Shown piece after piece: positions 17,032 through 26,598 of a DNA stretch of 61,742 bases. Under the pieces are notes generated by a model. The model was not told the origin of the DNA. It saw only the letters and a program-made list of their open reading frames with translations, and did no database searches. Each line of letters opens with the position of its first letter. Position 1 is the stretch's first letter. This stretch comes from a virus, in the IMG/VR virus record IMGVR_UViG_3300037465_000034. One strand, written 5' to 3'. Made by a program: the position numbers and the translations under genes.

Positions 17032-17487
17032 ATGCGACGCAAGGAGCAGGACAGCAGGGACTACCAGGCGCCAGAGAAGGTCATCGAGGCAACGCAGGGT
17101 GGCGTGGAGATCGAGCAGCCGGAGATCGCGGTCGCGTCAGGACCGAAGGCCGAAGACTACGCAGCCGAGATGGCGTTCAACGAGGATATGCTGACGATCG
17201 TCATCCATCAGTCGGCCGATCCCAAGCCGGAAGACCCCGTGCAGGTCGGCGTCAACGGCCGCAACGCCTACATCTGGCGCGGCCAGAAGACGATGGTGCC
17301 GCGCAAATACGTCGAGGTGCTGCTGCGCGCGCAGACCAACGCCGTGCAGCAGGACGTCACGGCGCGCGAGGAGGTGGACTTCAACCGCCTCACCATCCGG
17401 CCGACGCAACGCTATCCGCTGTCGGTGCTGCACGACCCCAGCCCACGCGGTCAGGCCTGGCTTCAGGCGATCACGCAGGGCGCGTAA
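17032..17487 (+). CDS. Virion structural protein
   Basis: SD gaaggag. ORF track. Confidence 0.6.
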   Translation: MRRKEQDSRDYQAPEKVIEATQGGVEIEQPEIAVASGPKAEDYAAEMAFNEDMLTIVIHQSADPKPEDPVQVGVNGRNAYIWRGQKTMVPRKYVEVLLRAQTNAVQQDVTAREEVDFNRLTIRPTQRYPLSVLHDPSPRGQAWLQAITQGA

Positions 17488-18207
17488 GTGTCCACCTACT
17501 TGCAGCTCTGCCAGAAGATGCGCCGGGAGTGCGGCATCCCCGGCGTCACGGCGTCGCCGTCCACGGTCACGGCGCAGTCTGGCGTGCTGGAAAAGGTGGT
17601 GGCTTGGGTGGCGGACTCCTGGCGCGACATTCAGATCCGCCACAACAACTGGCGCTGGATGCGCTCGGGGTTCACGGTCAACACCGTCGTTGACGACGAC
17701 GCCTACGCATACGGCGATTGCACCGACACGCGCTCGGGGAGCGCGATCGACAGGTTCCGGCAGTGGTGGATGCACGATCGGCTGGACCCGCCGAAGTGCT
17801 ACCTGACATCCGGCGGGGTGGCGGGCGAATACCGGCTGATCTGGATGCCTCCCGAGGACTTTCGCAGGATCTACAAGTTCGGCATCCAGCAAAGCACCAA
17901 CGGCCAGCCCATTCACATCACGGTGGACGACGACAACAAGTTCCTGCTGGGGCCAAAGCCCAACTCGGTCTACACCGTGTCAGGCAGGTTCCAGCGCGGC
18001 GCGCAGACTCTGGACGATGATAGCGATGTGCCGGACATGCCGGCGGACTTCCACGACCTGATCGTCTACTACGGCATGGAACGCTACGCCTTCAATTCGG
18101 TGGCGCCGGAAGTGCTCTCCAGGGCCAAGCTCGAAGCCTCGCGCCTGATGCGGGCGCTCGAGCAGGATCAACTGCCGCCCATCCGCCTGGGAAGGGCGCT
18201 CGCGTGA
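17488..18207 (+). CDS. Virion structural protein (possible head-tail adaptor / tail tubular A-like)
   Basis: ORF track. Abuts the upstream stop. Function inferred from position only. Confidence 0.5.
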   Translation: MSTYLQLCQKMRRECGIPGVTASPSTVTAQSGVLEKVVAWVADSWRDIQIRHNNWRWMRSGFTVNTVVDDDAYAYGDCTDTRSGSAIDRFRQWWMHDRLDPPKCYLTSGGVAGEYRLIWMPPEDFRRIYKFGIQQSTNGQPIHITVDDDNKFLLGPKPNSVYTVSGRFQRGAQTLDDDSDVPDMPADFHDLIVYYGMERYAFNSVAPEVLSRAKLEASRLMRALEQDQLPPIRLGRALA

Positions 18208-20327
18208 GAGCATCGCGCGGGCTTGGCGCGCTCGGCCTGGGCCAGCAACTGATGCGCCGCGGCGAGGCCGCTCTCGCGCAGGTCCGGGTGCTGCCCGACC
18301 AGATCAAGCTCATTGGCGGCCTGGATGAAGTGACGCCGCCCTACGAGCTCGGATCAGGATTCGTGCGCGAGGCGAAGAATTTCGAGGCCATCAGCGAGGG
18401 CGGCTACCGCAGGATCTACGGCTACGAGCGATTCAGCGGCCAGCCCAAGCCTTCGGAAGCGATCTACTACATCCTGAATCTCACCATCAGCGACACGATC
18501 AATGTCGCCGACACGGTGAACGGGCAGACAAGCGGTGCCACCGGCGTGGTGCTCGCGGTGGTGACCACCGCCTCGCCGAATTACCTGGTGCTGACGAAAG
18601 TCAGCGGCACCTGGCAGTCGGGCGAGAACGTAAGGGTTGGGGTGGCCGTGAAGGGCGTGAGTTCTTCCGCCGCTGTCGCCGGCGGCGCGGCAACGCCGCT
18701 GCTAAATGCCACCTACGCCGGGCTCGCCGCCGACAACTATCGCGCCGACATCTCGGCAGTGCCTGGATCCGGCAGTGTGCGCGGGGTGGTGGAATACCTG
18801 GACACGGTATACGCCTTCCGCAACAACGCCGGCGGGACCGCTGTGGACATCTACAAGTCATCCAGCGGCGGCTGGGTCAACGTGCCGCTGATGGAGGAGA
18901 TCAGCTTCTCCAACGCCAACACAAGCGTCGGGGAAGGCGACACGCTCACGCAAGGCGGCGTGACCGCCACCATCCAGCGGCTCATTGTGCAGACCGGAAC
19001 GCTCGCATCCGGCACCAACACTGGGCGGCTCGTCATCAACGGCCGCTCTGGCGGCAACTTCGCCGCCGGGGCCGCGACCTCGACCGGAGGCGGCGCACTC
19101 ACGCTCTCGGGCGCGCAGACCGCGATCACGCTCTCGCCCAACGGCGACTTCGAGTTCTTCATCGAAAACTTCGCCGGCGGCACGCAAACCAAGCGCGTCT
19201 ACGGCTGCGACGGCGTGAACCGCGGCTTCGAGTTCGACGGCACGGTGCTCGCCCCCATATCGACGGGCATGGCAAGCGACGCGCCGAACCATGTGTTCGG
19301 CCACAAGAACCACCTGTTCTTTTCCTTCGGGCCTTCGGTGCAGCACTCGGGGCCAGGAACGCCATACGTCTGGACGCCTGTGGTCGGGGCCTCTGAGTTG
19401 GCGATGGGGGACACGGTGACCGGGTTCCTGGCGCAGCCTGGCAGCGCAGACGGCGGCGCACTTTCGATCTTCTCTCGCAACAAGATCTCCATTCTCTACG
19501 GCACCGGGGTGTCCAATTGGCAGTTGAACACCTACCGCTACGAGCTGGGCGCCTACGCGCGCACCATGCAGGACATCGGCTACTCGGTGTATTTGGACGA
19601 TCGCGGCATCACGGACCTGAAGACCACGGCGGACTACGGCAACTTCACCGCCGCGACGATTACCGACCGCATCAAGAATTCGATCAACGCGGCCCGCACC
19701 ACGGCGATCGCCTCCTGCATCTCGAGGAACAGCAACCAGTATCGCCTGTTCTTCTCGTCGGGCGGCGCCTACTACCTCACCTTCAAGCTGGGCAGGCTGG
19801 TCGGCATCATGCCGATGCTTTTCCCGAACGTGGTGCGCTGTGTGTGGTCTGGCGAGCGGATCGACGGCTCGGAGGCGATCTACTTCGGCTCGGACTCGGG
19901 GCACGTTTACCAGATGGAGAAGGGAACGAGTTTCGACGGCGCGGCGATCGAGGCCTACTTCGCGCTCGCCTACGACTTCCAGGGCGCGCCGCGCGTCAAC
20001 AAGCGATACCGCGACGCCACCTTCGAGCTGCGAGGCACTGGCTACGCCAACTTCCAGTTCGGCTACGCGCTGGGCTACGCCTCGACCGACATCCCGCAGC
20101 CCGTGGACACGCAGGTCAGCGTGAATTTCTCGCCGGTGTTTTGGGACTCCTTCACCTGGGACGCCTTCTTTTGGGACGGCGTGACGCTGGGGCCATCGAG
20201 CCTTGAGATCGACGGCGAGGCCGAGAACATCAGCCTGGCGGCGCGCAGCAACTCGTCGATCATGGCTCCGATTACGGTCAGTTCCATCCTGCTTCACCAC
20301 TCACCGCGCGGGAGACTCAGAGGATGA
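18204..20327 (+). CDS. Large tail structural protein (possible nozzle / tail tubular B-like)
   Basis: 707 aa. GTGA overlap. Function inferred from position and size only. Confidence 0.55.
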   Translation: MRASRGLGALGLGQQLMRRGEAALAQVRVLPDQIKLIGGLDEVTPPYELGSGFVREAKNFEAISEGGYRRIYGYERFSGQPKPSEAIYYILNLTISDTINVADTVNGQTSGATGVVLAVVTTASPNYLVLTKVSGTWQSGENVRVGVAVKGVSSSAAVAGGAATPLLNATYAGLAADNYRADISAVPGSGSVRGVVEYLDTVYAFRNNAGGTAVDIYKSSSGGWVNVPLMEEISFSNANTSVGEGDTLTQGGVTATIQRLIVQTGTLASGTNTGRLVINGRSGGNFAAGAATSTGGGALTLSGAQTAITLSPNGDFEFFIENFAGGTQTKRVYGCDGVNRGFEFDGTVLAPISTGMASDAPNHVFGHKNHLFFSFGPSVQHSGPGTPYVWTPVVGASELAMGDTVTGFLAQPGSADGGALSIFSRNKISILYGTGVSNWQLNTYRYELGAYARTMQDIGYSVYLDDRGITDLKTTADYGNFTAATITDRIKNSINAARTTAIASCISRNSNQYRLFFSSGGAYYLTFKLGRLVGIMPMLFPNVVRCVWSGERIDGSEAIYFGSDSGHVYQMEKGTSFDGAAIEAYFALAYDFQGAPRVNKRYRDATFELRGTGYANFQFGYALGYASTDIPQPVDTQVSVNFSPVFWDSFTWDAFFWDGVTLGPSSLEIDGEAENISLAARSNSSIMAPITVSSILLHHSPRGRLRG

Positions 20328-21298
20328 GCAACAACTTTTATACACCGAGCGGCAACCCAGCGACTTCCTCGTCGGGCAGCTCGGCGGTCATGCGCTCGGA
20401 GCTCTCGCTCATCGAGGCGGGATTCGACAAGCTGCCAACGCTCACCGCCAACGGCTTCAAGATCGTCCGTGTCAACTCTGGCGGCACCGGGCTGGAAGCG
20501 GTGGATCCGCTGTCGATCTTCGGCACCACCTTCGGGTTGTCCAGCATCATCAGCCCGTCGCAGATCACAGCCAACCAGAACGACTACTCGCCCACGGGGT
20601 TGTCCACGGCGACGGTGCTGCGCCTCAATTCGGACGCCAGCCGCGACATCACGGGACTCGCAGGCGGCGCCTCGGGGCGCATCATCCTCATCCACAACGT
20701 CGGCAGCCAGAACATCGTCCTGAAGGACGAGAACGGCAGCTCGAGCGCGGCCAACCGCTTCGCGCTATTCGCCGACTACACGCTGCCGCCAGACTTCTTC
20801 CTGTGGCTGCAATACGATTCGACCTCGGCGCGCTGGCGCTGCTCGGGGCTGCAGGGCTCGGCGGTGGGGCAGTCGCTCGTCCAGGCCGCGAGCGTCTCGG
20901 CGGCGCGCGCCGTGATCTCGGCGGCGGCATCTGGAGCAAACGCCGACATCACCAGCCTGCAGGCCGGCGTCACGCTCACCAATCCAGCGATGACGCACCA
21001 GATCTTGACGGACGCGGCTACCGTGAATTGGGCGATGGACTCCGGCAGCTCGGCGCAGGTCACGATCGCCGGCAACCGCTACTTCGCCACGCCCACGGAG
21101 ATGCGACGCGGCACCTGGGTGCTGCTGGTCATTCAGGACGGCACGGGCGGCCGGGATCCCACGTTCAGCTCGAACTGGAAGTGGTCGGCCGGCGTGAAGC
21201 CCGTGTTTTCGACGGCGGCTAACGCCACGGACATCCTGTCGGGCTACTGCGACGGCACCAATATGCACGGCGGCCTGTTCTCGAGGGGCTCGGCATGA
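20324..21298 (+). CDS. Tail fibre/spike protein
   Basis: N-terminus MSNNFYTPSGNPATSSSGSSAVMRSELSLIEAGFDKLP is typical of phage tail fibre N-termini. ATGA overlap. Confidence 0.7.
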   Translation: MSNNFYTPSGNPATSSSGSSAVMRSELSLIEAGFDKLPTLTANGFKIVRVNSGGTGLEAVDPLSIFGTTFGLSSIISPSQITANQNDYSPTGLSTATVLRLNSDASRDITGLAGGASGRIILIHNVGSQNIVLKDENGSSSAANRFALFADYTLPPDFFLWLQYDSTSARWRCSGLQGSAVGQSLVQAASVSAARAVISAAASGANADITSLQAGVTLTNPAMTHQILTDAATVNWAMDSGSSAQVTIAGNRYFATPTEMRRGTWVLLVIQDGTGGRDPTFSSNWKWSAGVKPVFSTAANATDILSGYCDGTNMHGGLFSRGSA

Positions 21299-22263
21299 TG
21301 ATGCTTATGCCCACCGGCATCCTCGCGGTGGTCGTCTCGGGGGCTCAAGCCTCCGGCTACAACGCCTTTACGGGGGCGGGGTCGCCGGTGTGGGCGCGTC
21401 GCGTCGAGGTTTTCCTCAACAACACGGTGAGCGGCGCAGACCCTTCTCTGGATGCTGGCTACGCGAGCTGGAGGGCCGGAAGCCAGGTGTTCATCAGAAA
21501 CAACTCGACCGTGAGTTCCACCACCGGTTCCACTGGAAGCACGGGGTCCACTGGCGGAACGGGGCCTGATGGTGCAGGAGGGGCTGGCGGCAGAGGGGGA
21601 GACGACTACACAAGTCCTTCCTATTACGGCAATCCCGGCAGCAGCGGATCCCCTGGATCACCTGGCGCGCAGGGCGGCACTGGCGGCACGGGTGGCACGG
21701 GTGGCACTGCGTTCAGCGCCTCTGGATCGAACACGGTCGGGCTGGGCGTGCATAACGGTTCTGGCAGCATCATCGGCGGCCCCGGAGGAGTTGGGGGGCC
21801 CGGGGGCCCCGGAGGCCCAGGCGGGACAGGCGGCGGCGGCGGCGGCGGCGGCGGCGGATTGGGTGCTGGCAGCGTTCCTGTTCCGAAAAGTCCTCCCGCA
21901 CCAGATAATTCCGGCGGCGGCGGTGGTGGTGGCGGAACATCCGGCGGCGGTGGTGGACCAGGAGGCAGCGGGCCAAGCGTAAATAATGCTGGATCACCAG
22001 GCTCATCCCCTGGCGGCGGCGGTGCTGGCGGCGTCGGAAGCGTCCCCGGTGGGGCTGGCGGCCCTGGTGGCGGGCTTGGTTCTTCTGGCGCAGGAGGAAC
22101 CCCATCGAGTTATCCAGGCGGCTCTGGCGCTGGCGCTGGCAGCACCGGTCCAGTTGGGCCGACCGGGCCAACCGGAAGCACGGGGCCACAGGGCAACGCC
22201 GTGACCGGCAACGCGAACATCTACTGGCACGCCACGGGCACGCGAAGCGGGCCTATCACATGA
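21295..22263 (+). CDS. Collagen-like (Gly-X-Y) glycine-rich fibre protein
   Basis: Runs of GST GST GST GGT GPD.., GNP GSS GSP GSP GAQ GGT.., GGP GGV GGP GGP GGP.., GST GPV GPT GPT GST GPQ. Confidence 0.8.
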   Translation: MMMLMPTGILAVVVSGAQASGYNAFTGAGSPVWARRVEVFLNNTVSGADPSLDAGYASWRAGSQVFIRNNSTVSSTTGSTGSTGSTGGTGPDGAGGAGGRGGDDYTSPSYYGNPGSSGSPGSPGAQGGTGGTGGTGGTAFSASGSNTVGLGVHNGSGSIIGGPGGVGGPGGPGGPGGTGGGGGGGGGGLGAGSVPVPKSPPAPDNSGGGGGGGGTSGGGGGPGGSGPSVNNAGSPGSSPGGGGAGGVGSVPGGAGGPGGGLGSSGAGGTPSSYPGGSGAGAGSTGPVGPTGPTGSTGPQGNAVTGNANIYWHATGTRSGPIT

Positions 22264-22856
22264 GCTGCGTAGCCGCGCCGCTGCTTTCGACAACGCACGC
22301 GCAGACGCCGTGCCATTGGGCCAACGGCTGGTCGAATGAGGACATCCAGCGCATCGTCGAGCACTGCGAGACGCTGCCCAAGCTCGACGCGAAGATCGGC
22401 GGCGATGGCGCAGGCGGCGTGGATCGCACCGTGCGCCGCGGGCAGGTTGCCTGGGTCGGCGTCACTGAGGAAAGCCGCTGGTTCATGCAGCGCCTCATGG
22501 AGCAGGCGATGGCCCTGAACCGCGACTTCTGCGGCTTCGACCTGTGGGGCTTCGAGACCGCGCAATACACGGTCTACCAGGCCGAGGGCCAAGGCGACAC
22601 CTACGATTGGCACATCGACACGATGGGCAAGGGCAACGCCGGGCAGAGGAAACTTTCTATCGTGCTTCAGCTCTCGGACCAGCAGGAATACGAGGGCGGC
22701 GAGCTCTGGCTGCACGGCCACACGAAGGAGGTCGTGCAGAAGGCGAAGGGGCTGCTGGTCGCTTTCCCGTCCTACACTCTGCATCGCGTGACGCCGGTCA
22801 CGGCGGGCATCCGGCGCACGCTGGTCACGTGGATCCTTGGCCCGCAATTCAGGTGA
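22260..22856 (+). CDS. 2OG-Fe(II) oxygenase, prolyl-4-hydroxylase / PKHD type
   Basis: YDWHIDT (HxD) ... RKLSIVLQLSDQQEYEGGEL ... GLLVAFPSYTLHRVTPVTAGIRRTLVTW (distal His, Arg). ATGA-coupled to the collagen-like gene. Confidence 0.8.
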   Translation: MSCVAAPLLSTTHAQTPCHWANGWSNEDIQRIVEHCETLPKLDAKIGGDGAGGVDRTVRRGQVAWVGVTEESRWFMQRLMEQAMALNRDFCGFDLWGFETAQYTVYQAEGQGDTYDWHIDTMGKGNAGQRKLSIVLQLSDQQEYEGGELWLHGHTKEVVQKAKGLLVAFPSYTLHRVTPVTAGIRRTLVTWILGPQFR

Positions 22857-22860
22857 CATC

Positions 22861-23307
22861 ATGCACATCAAGATGAAAATCCTCGCCCTGAATCCAGCCG
22901 AGCACTCGGTGCTGGTGCGCTACTACACCGACAAGATGGGAGAAGAGGAGCTGGCGCTCCACGACGGCCGCGGTCATGTCGATCGCCGCGAGGATGGCTC
23001 GCCCGCGCGCTGCCGCACGGACGTCTACCTCAACATCCATGACCTGAGTGGCGCGCTCACCGAAAAGCGCCTGGTGGACTACATCTTCAAGTTCGCGCCG
23101 CCGAATCACGCCTGGTTCGAGCTGATGGAGAAGGTTGCGGATCCTGCGGTGGACACCAGCATGAACGCCGTGCGCGAGTCCGTCGGCAGGGAGTTCGCCT
23201 ACGAGCCGCCGCCGCCCCCGCCGCCCCCAGGAAGCGATCAGGTCGTCGCGGTGCCGCTGCGGGCCGCGCGCGAGCCGCAGCGCCAGATCAAGACCACCGT
23301 GCTATGA
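22861..23307 (+). CDS. Hypothetical protein with a C-terminal poly-Pro tract
   Basis: ATG at 22861 (MHIKMKILALNP...). Contains ..YEPPPPPPPPGSD.. Confidence 0.55.
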   Translation: MHIKMKILALNPAEHSVLVRYYTDKMGEEELALHDGRGHVDRREDGSPARCRTDVYLNIHDLSGALTEKRLVDYIFKFAPPNHAWFELMEKVADPAVDTSMNAVRESVGREFAYEPPPPPPPPGSDQVVAVPLRAAREPQRQIKTTVL

Positions 23308-23852
23308 GCGGCGGCCACCTGAAGCAGTCTCCGTTCTACCGCGACGGGCGCTTCGCGGTCGCGGTGTGGGACGGCGACGCCGGCGACAAGCTGCTCATCA
23401 ATGTGCATGAGCCCACGCCGAGATCGCGCTTTGCCTGCGTCACGGTGATGATGCGGGGAAAACTCGAGATGTTCGACCCCGAGGGCAAGCGGCGGTGGAG
23501 CTACACGCCTGGCAATACGAGTCTGGACGGCGGGGACTTCGACCTGCATGGCATTTGGGAGTGGCGCGCGCTCGCAAGCCCGACGCAGGAGATCTGCATC
23601 TCGCAGTTGGGCGCGAACGGCCGCGAAACGGATGAGGCGCCCGAGGCTCATGTGATTGACATGGCGGTGGGCGAAACCGCGACGGTGCGCGCAGGAAGCC
23701 TGATCGTGATCCCTGTGGGCGGGGTCGTCGTGGACGCGGGCGCGCACTCGGAGCGCCAACTCCTTGCGCCGCACTTCGCGCGCGTGGATCACGACAAGGA
23801 TGTGACCGCGCACTACTCCGAGACGCGCATCGTGGTGGTGAGGCCAAGGTGA
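23304..23852 (+). CDS. Beta-rich (jelly-roll/cupin-like) protein
   Basis: ATGA overlap. The GSLIVIPVGGVVVD segment resembles GGLFILSVGD / GTLFVLSRGP of the two downstream paralogs. Confidence 0.5.
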   Translation: MSGGHLKQSPFYRDGRFAVAVWDGDAGDKLLINVHEPTPRSRFACVTVMMRGKLEMFDPEGKRRWSYTPGNTSLDGGDFDLHGIWEWRALASPTQEICISQLGANGRETDEAPEAHVIDMAVGETATVRAGSLIVIPVGGVVVDAGAHSERQLLAPHFARVDHDKDVTAHYSETRIVVVRPR

Positions 23853-24499
23853 ACCCGCTTGATGCCCGCTTCGCGCCGCTCGCGTTCGACTACGACCGCA
23901 AGCGCGCCTTCGAGGAAGCCTTCGACCTGCTGCCGCAGCTCGAGGTCACCCGGTTCGTGCATCCGCCGGAGTTCTCCGCGCCGTTCATGGTCGAAGATGC
24001 GCCGGTTGGCGCGATGGACATGACACACACCTGGCGCTCGATCGGCCTGACCTGGGTTCCAGGCGACGAGTTGACCAAGGGCGGCAGGGGGAGTCGCCGC
24101 AATCGCCATGTCGAGGACGAGTGGATCTGGCGAGACGATGTTCACGCGCCCTACCTGCGCGAGCTTGTCGAGCGCCTGCCCATCGAGCGGATGCTGTGCG
24201 TGCGGCTGGTTGTGCTGCTCCCAGGCTGCGTAGGTTCGGTTCACAACGACGACCTGGCAGGACTCTACTACCCCAGCGGCGCGCGCTCGGTGACGCTCAA
24301 CCTCGCCTCTGGCGGGGCCATGATGCGGATGTTGCACGACGGCGAGTTCTACGATGTGAGCGACCATCCGGCGTTCCTGTTCAGGGACGACTGCTGGCAC
24401 GGCGTTCCGCGCGTCGAGCGGGTTCGCATCCAGATGCGCGTCAACGCCTTTTTCTCGCAACGCATGGCAGAGCTGATCGGCAAGCCGGTGCTTCAATGA
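23849..24499 (+). CDS. Cupin-fold protein, weakly aspartyl/asparaginyl beta-hydroxylase-like
   Basis: LLPGCVGSVHNDD ... VTLNLASGGAMMRML ... FLFRDDCWHGVPRVERVRIQMRV. The pattern recalls the AspH family, but the match is weak. Confidence 0.45.
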   Translation: MNPLDARFAPLAFDYDRKRAFEEAFDLLPQLEVTRFVHPPEFSAPFMVEDAPVGAMDMTHTWRSIGLTWVPGDELTKGGRGSRRNRHVEDEWIWRDDVHAPYLRELVERLPIERMLCVRLVVLLPGCVGSVHNDDLAGLYYPSGARSVTLNLASGGAMMRMLHDGEFYDVSDHPAFLFRDDCWHGVPRVERVRIQMRVNAFFSQRMAELIGKPVLQ

Positions 24500-25083
24500 C
24501 CTTCCCACTCGAAGACGCGAATCATCGCCCGGTGAACAACCTGCCGGTGGGCGCGCTGGTGTTCCCGGCGCCGGGATGGTGCGTGCAGACCTACGCCGGC
24601 GGCGTGGGCGACTTCTTCGAGCTGGTCTACCCGCCCGGCACCTTCACCAAGGATCTGACATCGTTCGTGCTCTATGTGAGCGGCGGCATCGACGGCGTGC
24701 GCGAGGACACGGGACAGTGGTTCCGCGCCGACCGCGACCGGGTGTTCGGCTGCTACTTCCTGCCCGATGGCTCGATCGGAGAAGAGGAGGCACTGCATCG
24801 CGCCGGGAAGTTCCGATTCTACCTGCTCGCCGATACCCAGCGGCTTTGTGTGCTGCCGGTGAACGAGTTCGGCCAGAAGAGCTACGAGCCTACCGAGTGG
24901 CACCACCTGAAGGGTCCGGCATCCATCGACGTTCCGGCGGGCGGCCTGTTCATCCTTTCGGTTGGTGATATGAGGATCAACTTCCGCATGGCGAGCGGGC
25001 CGCACATCGTCGATTGCACTACGCCGCGGCGCTTCGACATTCCGGCGGGTTGCTACGGCGGCGCGATCTGGCGGCGGCCATGA
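24496..25083 (+). CDS. Jelly-roll-like protein, paralog 1
   Basis: ATGA overlap. Shares DG..E..GQWF..D...F..DGS..EE..L.R.G..R....D..RLC..PV..FGQ.S.E with 25080..25673. Confidence 0.6.
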   Translation: MTFPLEDANHRPVNNLPVGALVFPAPGWCVQTYAGGVGDFFELVYPPGTFTKDLTSFVLYVSGGIDGVREDTGQWFRADRDRVFGCYFLPDGSIGEEEALHRAGKFRFYLLADTQRLCVLPVNEFGQKSYEPTEWHHLKGPASIDVPAGGLFILSVGDMRINFRMASGPHIVDCTTPRRFDIPAGCYGGAIWRRP

Positions 25084-25673
25084 ACAAGTTCACGCGCGAC
25101 GTTCTCACGCATCCGCGAGCGCGCCGCAAGGCCGATGCGAAGATCATCTTCGAGGGCCACGGTTTCCAGATCACGGAGCTCTCAGGCAACGAGGGCTCAT
25201 ATTGGGATGTGCGCTGGCCTAGCGAGTTGGATGTGCGCGAGGCGGGCTACACCAACCTGTGCATCGCCGGTCGCGTGGACGGCCTGAACGAAGTGGACGG
25301 CCAGTGGTTCTACAACGACGCGCAGCATCCGATGAGCGCGCGCTTCGCCGACGACGGCTCGCTTACAGAGGAGCCACACCTGATCCGCAGCCCCGGCATC
25401 ACGCGGCTTTTTTTCGGCGACGGCACAAAGCGCCTGTGCATCTATCCGGTGGACGCCTTCGGGCAGCACAGCGGCGAGAAGGTGGGCGGCGGCTACATGG
25501 ACGGCCCGTGCGGATTCACGCTGCGGCGAGGCACACTGTTCGTGCTCTCGCGCGGCCCGATCTTCGCGGCAGGCAGTGAAGTGCAGGCGCCGAACGTGAT
25601 CTTTGCGAAGACGATGGACGTTCCCATCGTCATGTCCGATGACAGCCACGGAGCGATCGTATGGAAAGCATGA
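25080..25673 (+). CDS. Jelly-roll-like protein, paralog 2
   Basis: ATGA overlap. Tandem paralog of 24496..25083. Confidence 0.6.
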   Translation: MNKFTRDVLTHPRARRKADAKIIFEGHGFQITELSGNEGSYWDVRWPSELDVREAGYTNLCIAGRVDGLNEVDGQWFYNDAQHPMSARFADDGSLTEEPHLIRSPGITRLFFGDGTKRLCIYPVDAFGQHSGEKVGGGYMDGPCGFTLRRGTLFVLSRGPIFAAGSEVQAPNVIFAKTMDVPIVMSDDSHGAIVWKA

Positions 25674-26254
25674 GACTCAAGTCAGACCAATTGAAGCCGA
25701 TCGTGCCCACCGCGGAGCCGCCCGCCGAGGGCTGGCCGACGCTGGAAGCCTTCGCGGAGTGGTTCTGCGCGATGGGCTTTCCGATGCAATTGCCGCAGCT
25801 CGATCACCAGCGGATCTTCTGCACCGACAGCTCGAAGTCCTTCGTGTGGTTCCGGCACGGCTGCTACCAGGCCGAGATGTATATGTTCCATCCGAATCAG
25901 AACGTGCCCAGGCACTCGCATCCGATGGAGCAGGTCTTCATTCCTCTCGCCGGGCACTGCCGCACATACACGCAAGTCTCTGGCGGCACCGAAGGATGCT
26001 GGCGGCCGAAGCACTCCGGCAAAATCATCAGCAAGAAGCTGCCGGCGAATTACTGGCACAAGCTCAAGACCACCGAGCGTGGCCTGGCTGCCTTCGTGCT
26101 GCAGAAGTTCCCCGAGGGCTACCCGATGGTGAGCGCGGCGGTTGACTACGACGGCGCGGTGACGGGCGATGAGCAGCGCCGCCAGAAGGAGTTGTTGGGC
26201 CGTCCCGCCGAGACGCCGCCCGGCTGGGTCGGTGCCGGCAGCGGAGGGGTCTGA
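25670..26254 (+). CDS. Cupin-domain protein
   Basis: ATGA overlap (alternative ATG at 25661). Cupin motif-1-like NQNVPRHSHPMEQVFIPLAG. Confidence 0.55.
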   Translation: MRLKSDQLKPIVPTAEPPAEGWPTLEAFAEWFCAMGFPMQLPQLDHQRIFCTDSSKSFVWFRHGCYQAEMYMFHPNQNVPRHSHPMEQVFIPLAGHCRTYTQVSGGTEGCWRPKHSGKIISKKLPANYWHKLKTTERGLAAFVLQKFPEGYPMVSAAVDYDGAVTGDEQRRQKELLGRPAETPPGWVGAGSGGV

Positions 26255-26256
26255 CA

Positions 26257-26598
26257 ATGACGCCGCGCAAGATCGCCAGAAAGTGCGCCGCGCTGTGCTA
26301 CGAGATGGCGCAGGTTGCGAACGAATCCGACCCCAGCGGGCGCGACCGCAAGGTCTGGCTCGCGGCGCAGGCGAGGCTCGAGAAGTTCGCCGCCACGCAG
26401 CCCGATGTCGAGGAGCGCAGCGCCGAGCAGCGCGTGCTGGATGCGATCTGCAAGGCAAGCGGCTTCGATGATTGGTGGATCTGGAACGGCCGGCTGATCT
26501 TTCATGTCAGCGGCGAGGACGGCAATCAATCGACCAGCGTGATCGAGACGGTCGGCAGCACCGTGCAGGAGCCGAAATATGCACATCCAATGGCGTGA
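26257..26598 (+). CDS. Hypothetical protein
   Basis: ORF track. Starts 3 nt after the upstream stop. Confidence 0.55.
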   Translation: MTPRKIARKCAALCYEMAQVANESDPSGRDRKVWLAAQARLEKFAATQPDVEERSAEQRVLDAICKASGFDDWWIWNGRLIFHVSGEDGNQSTSVIETVGSTVQEPKYAHPMA

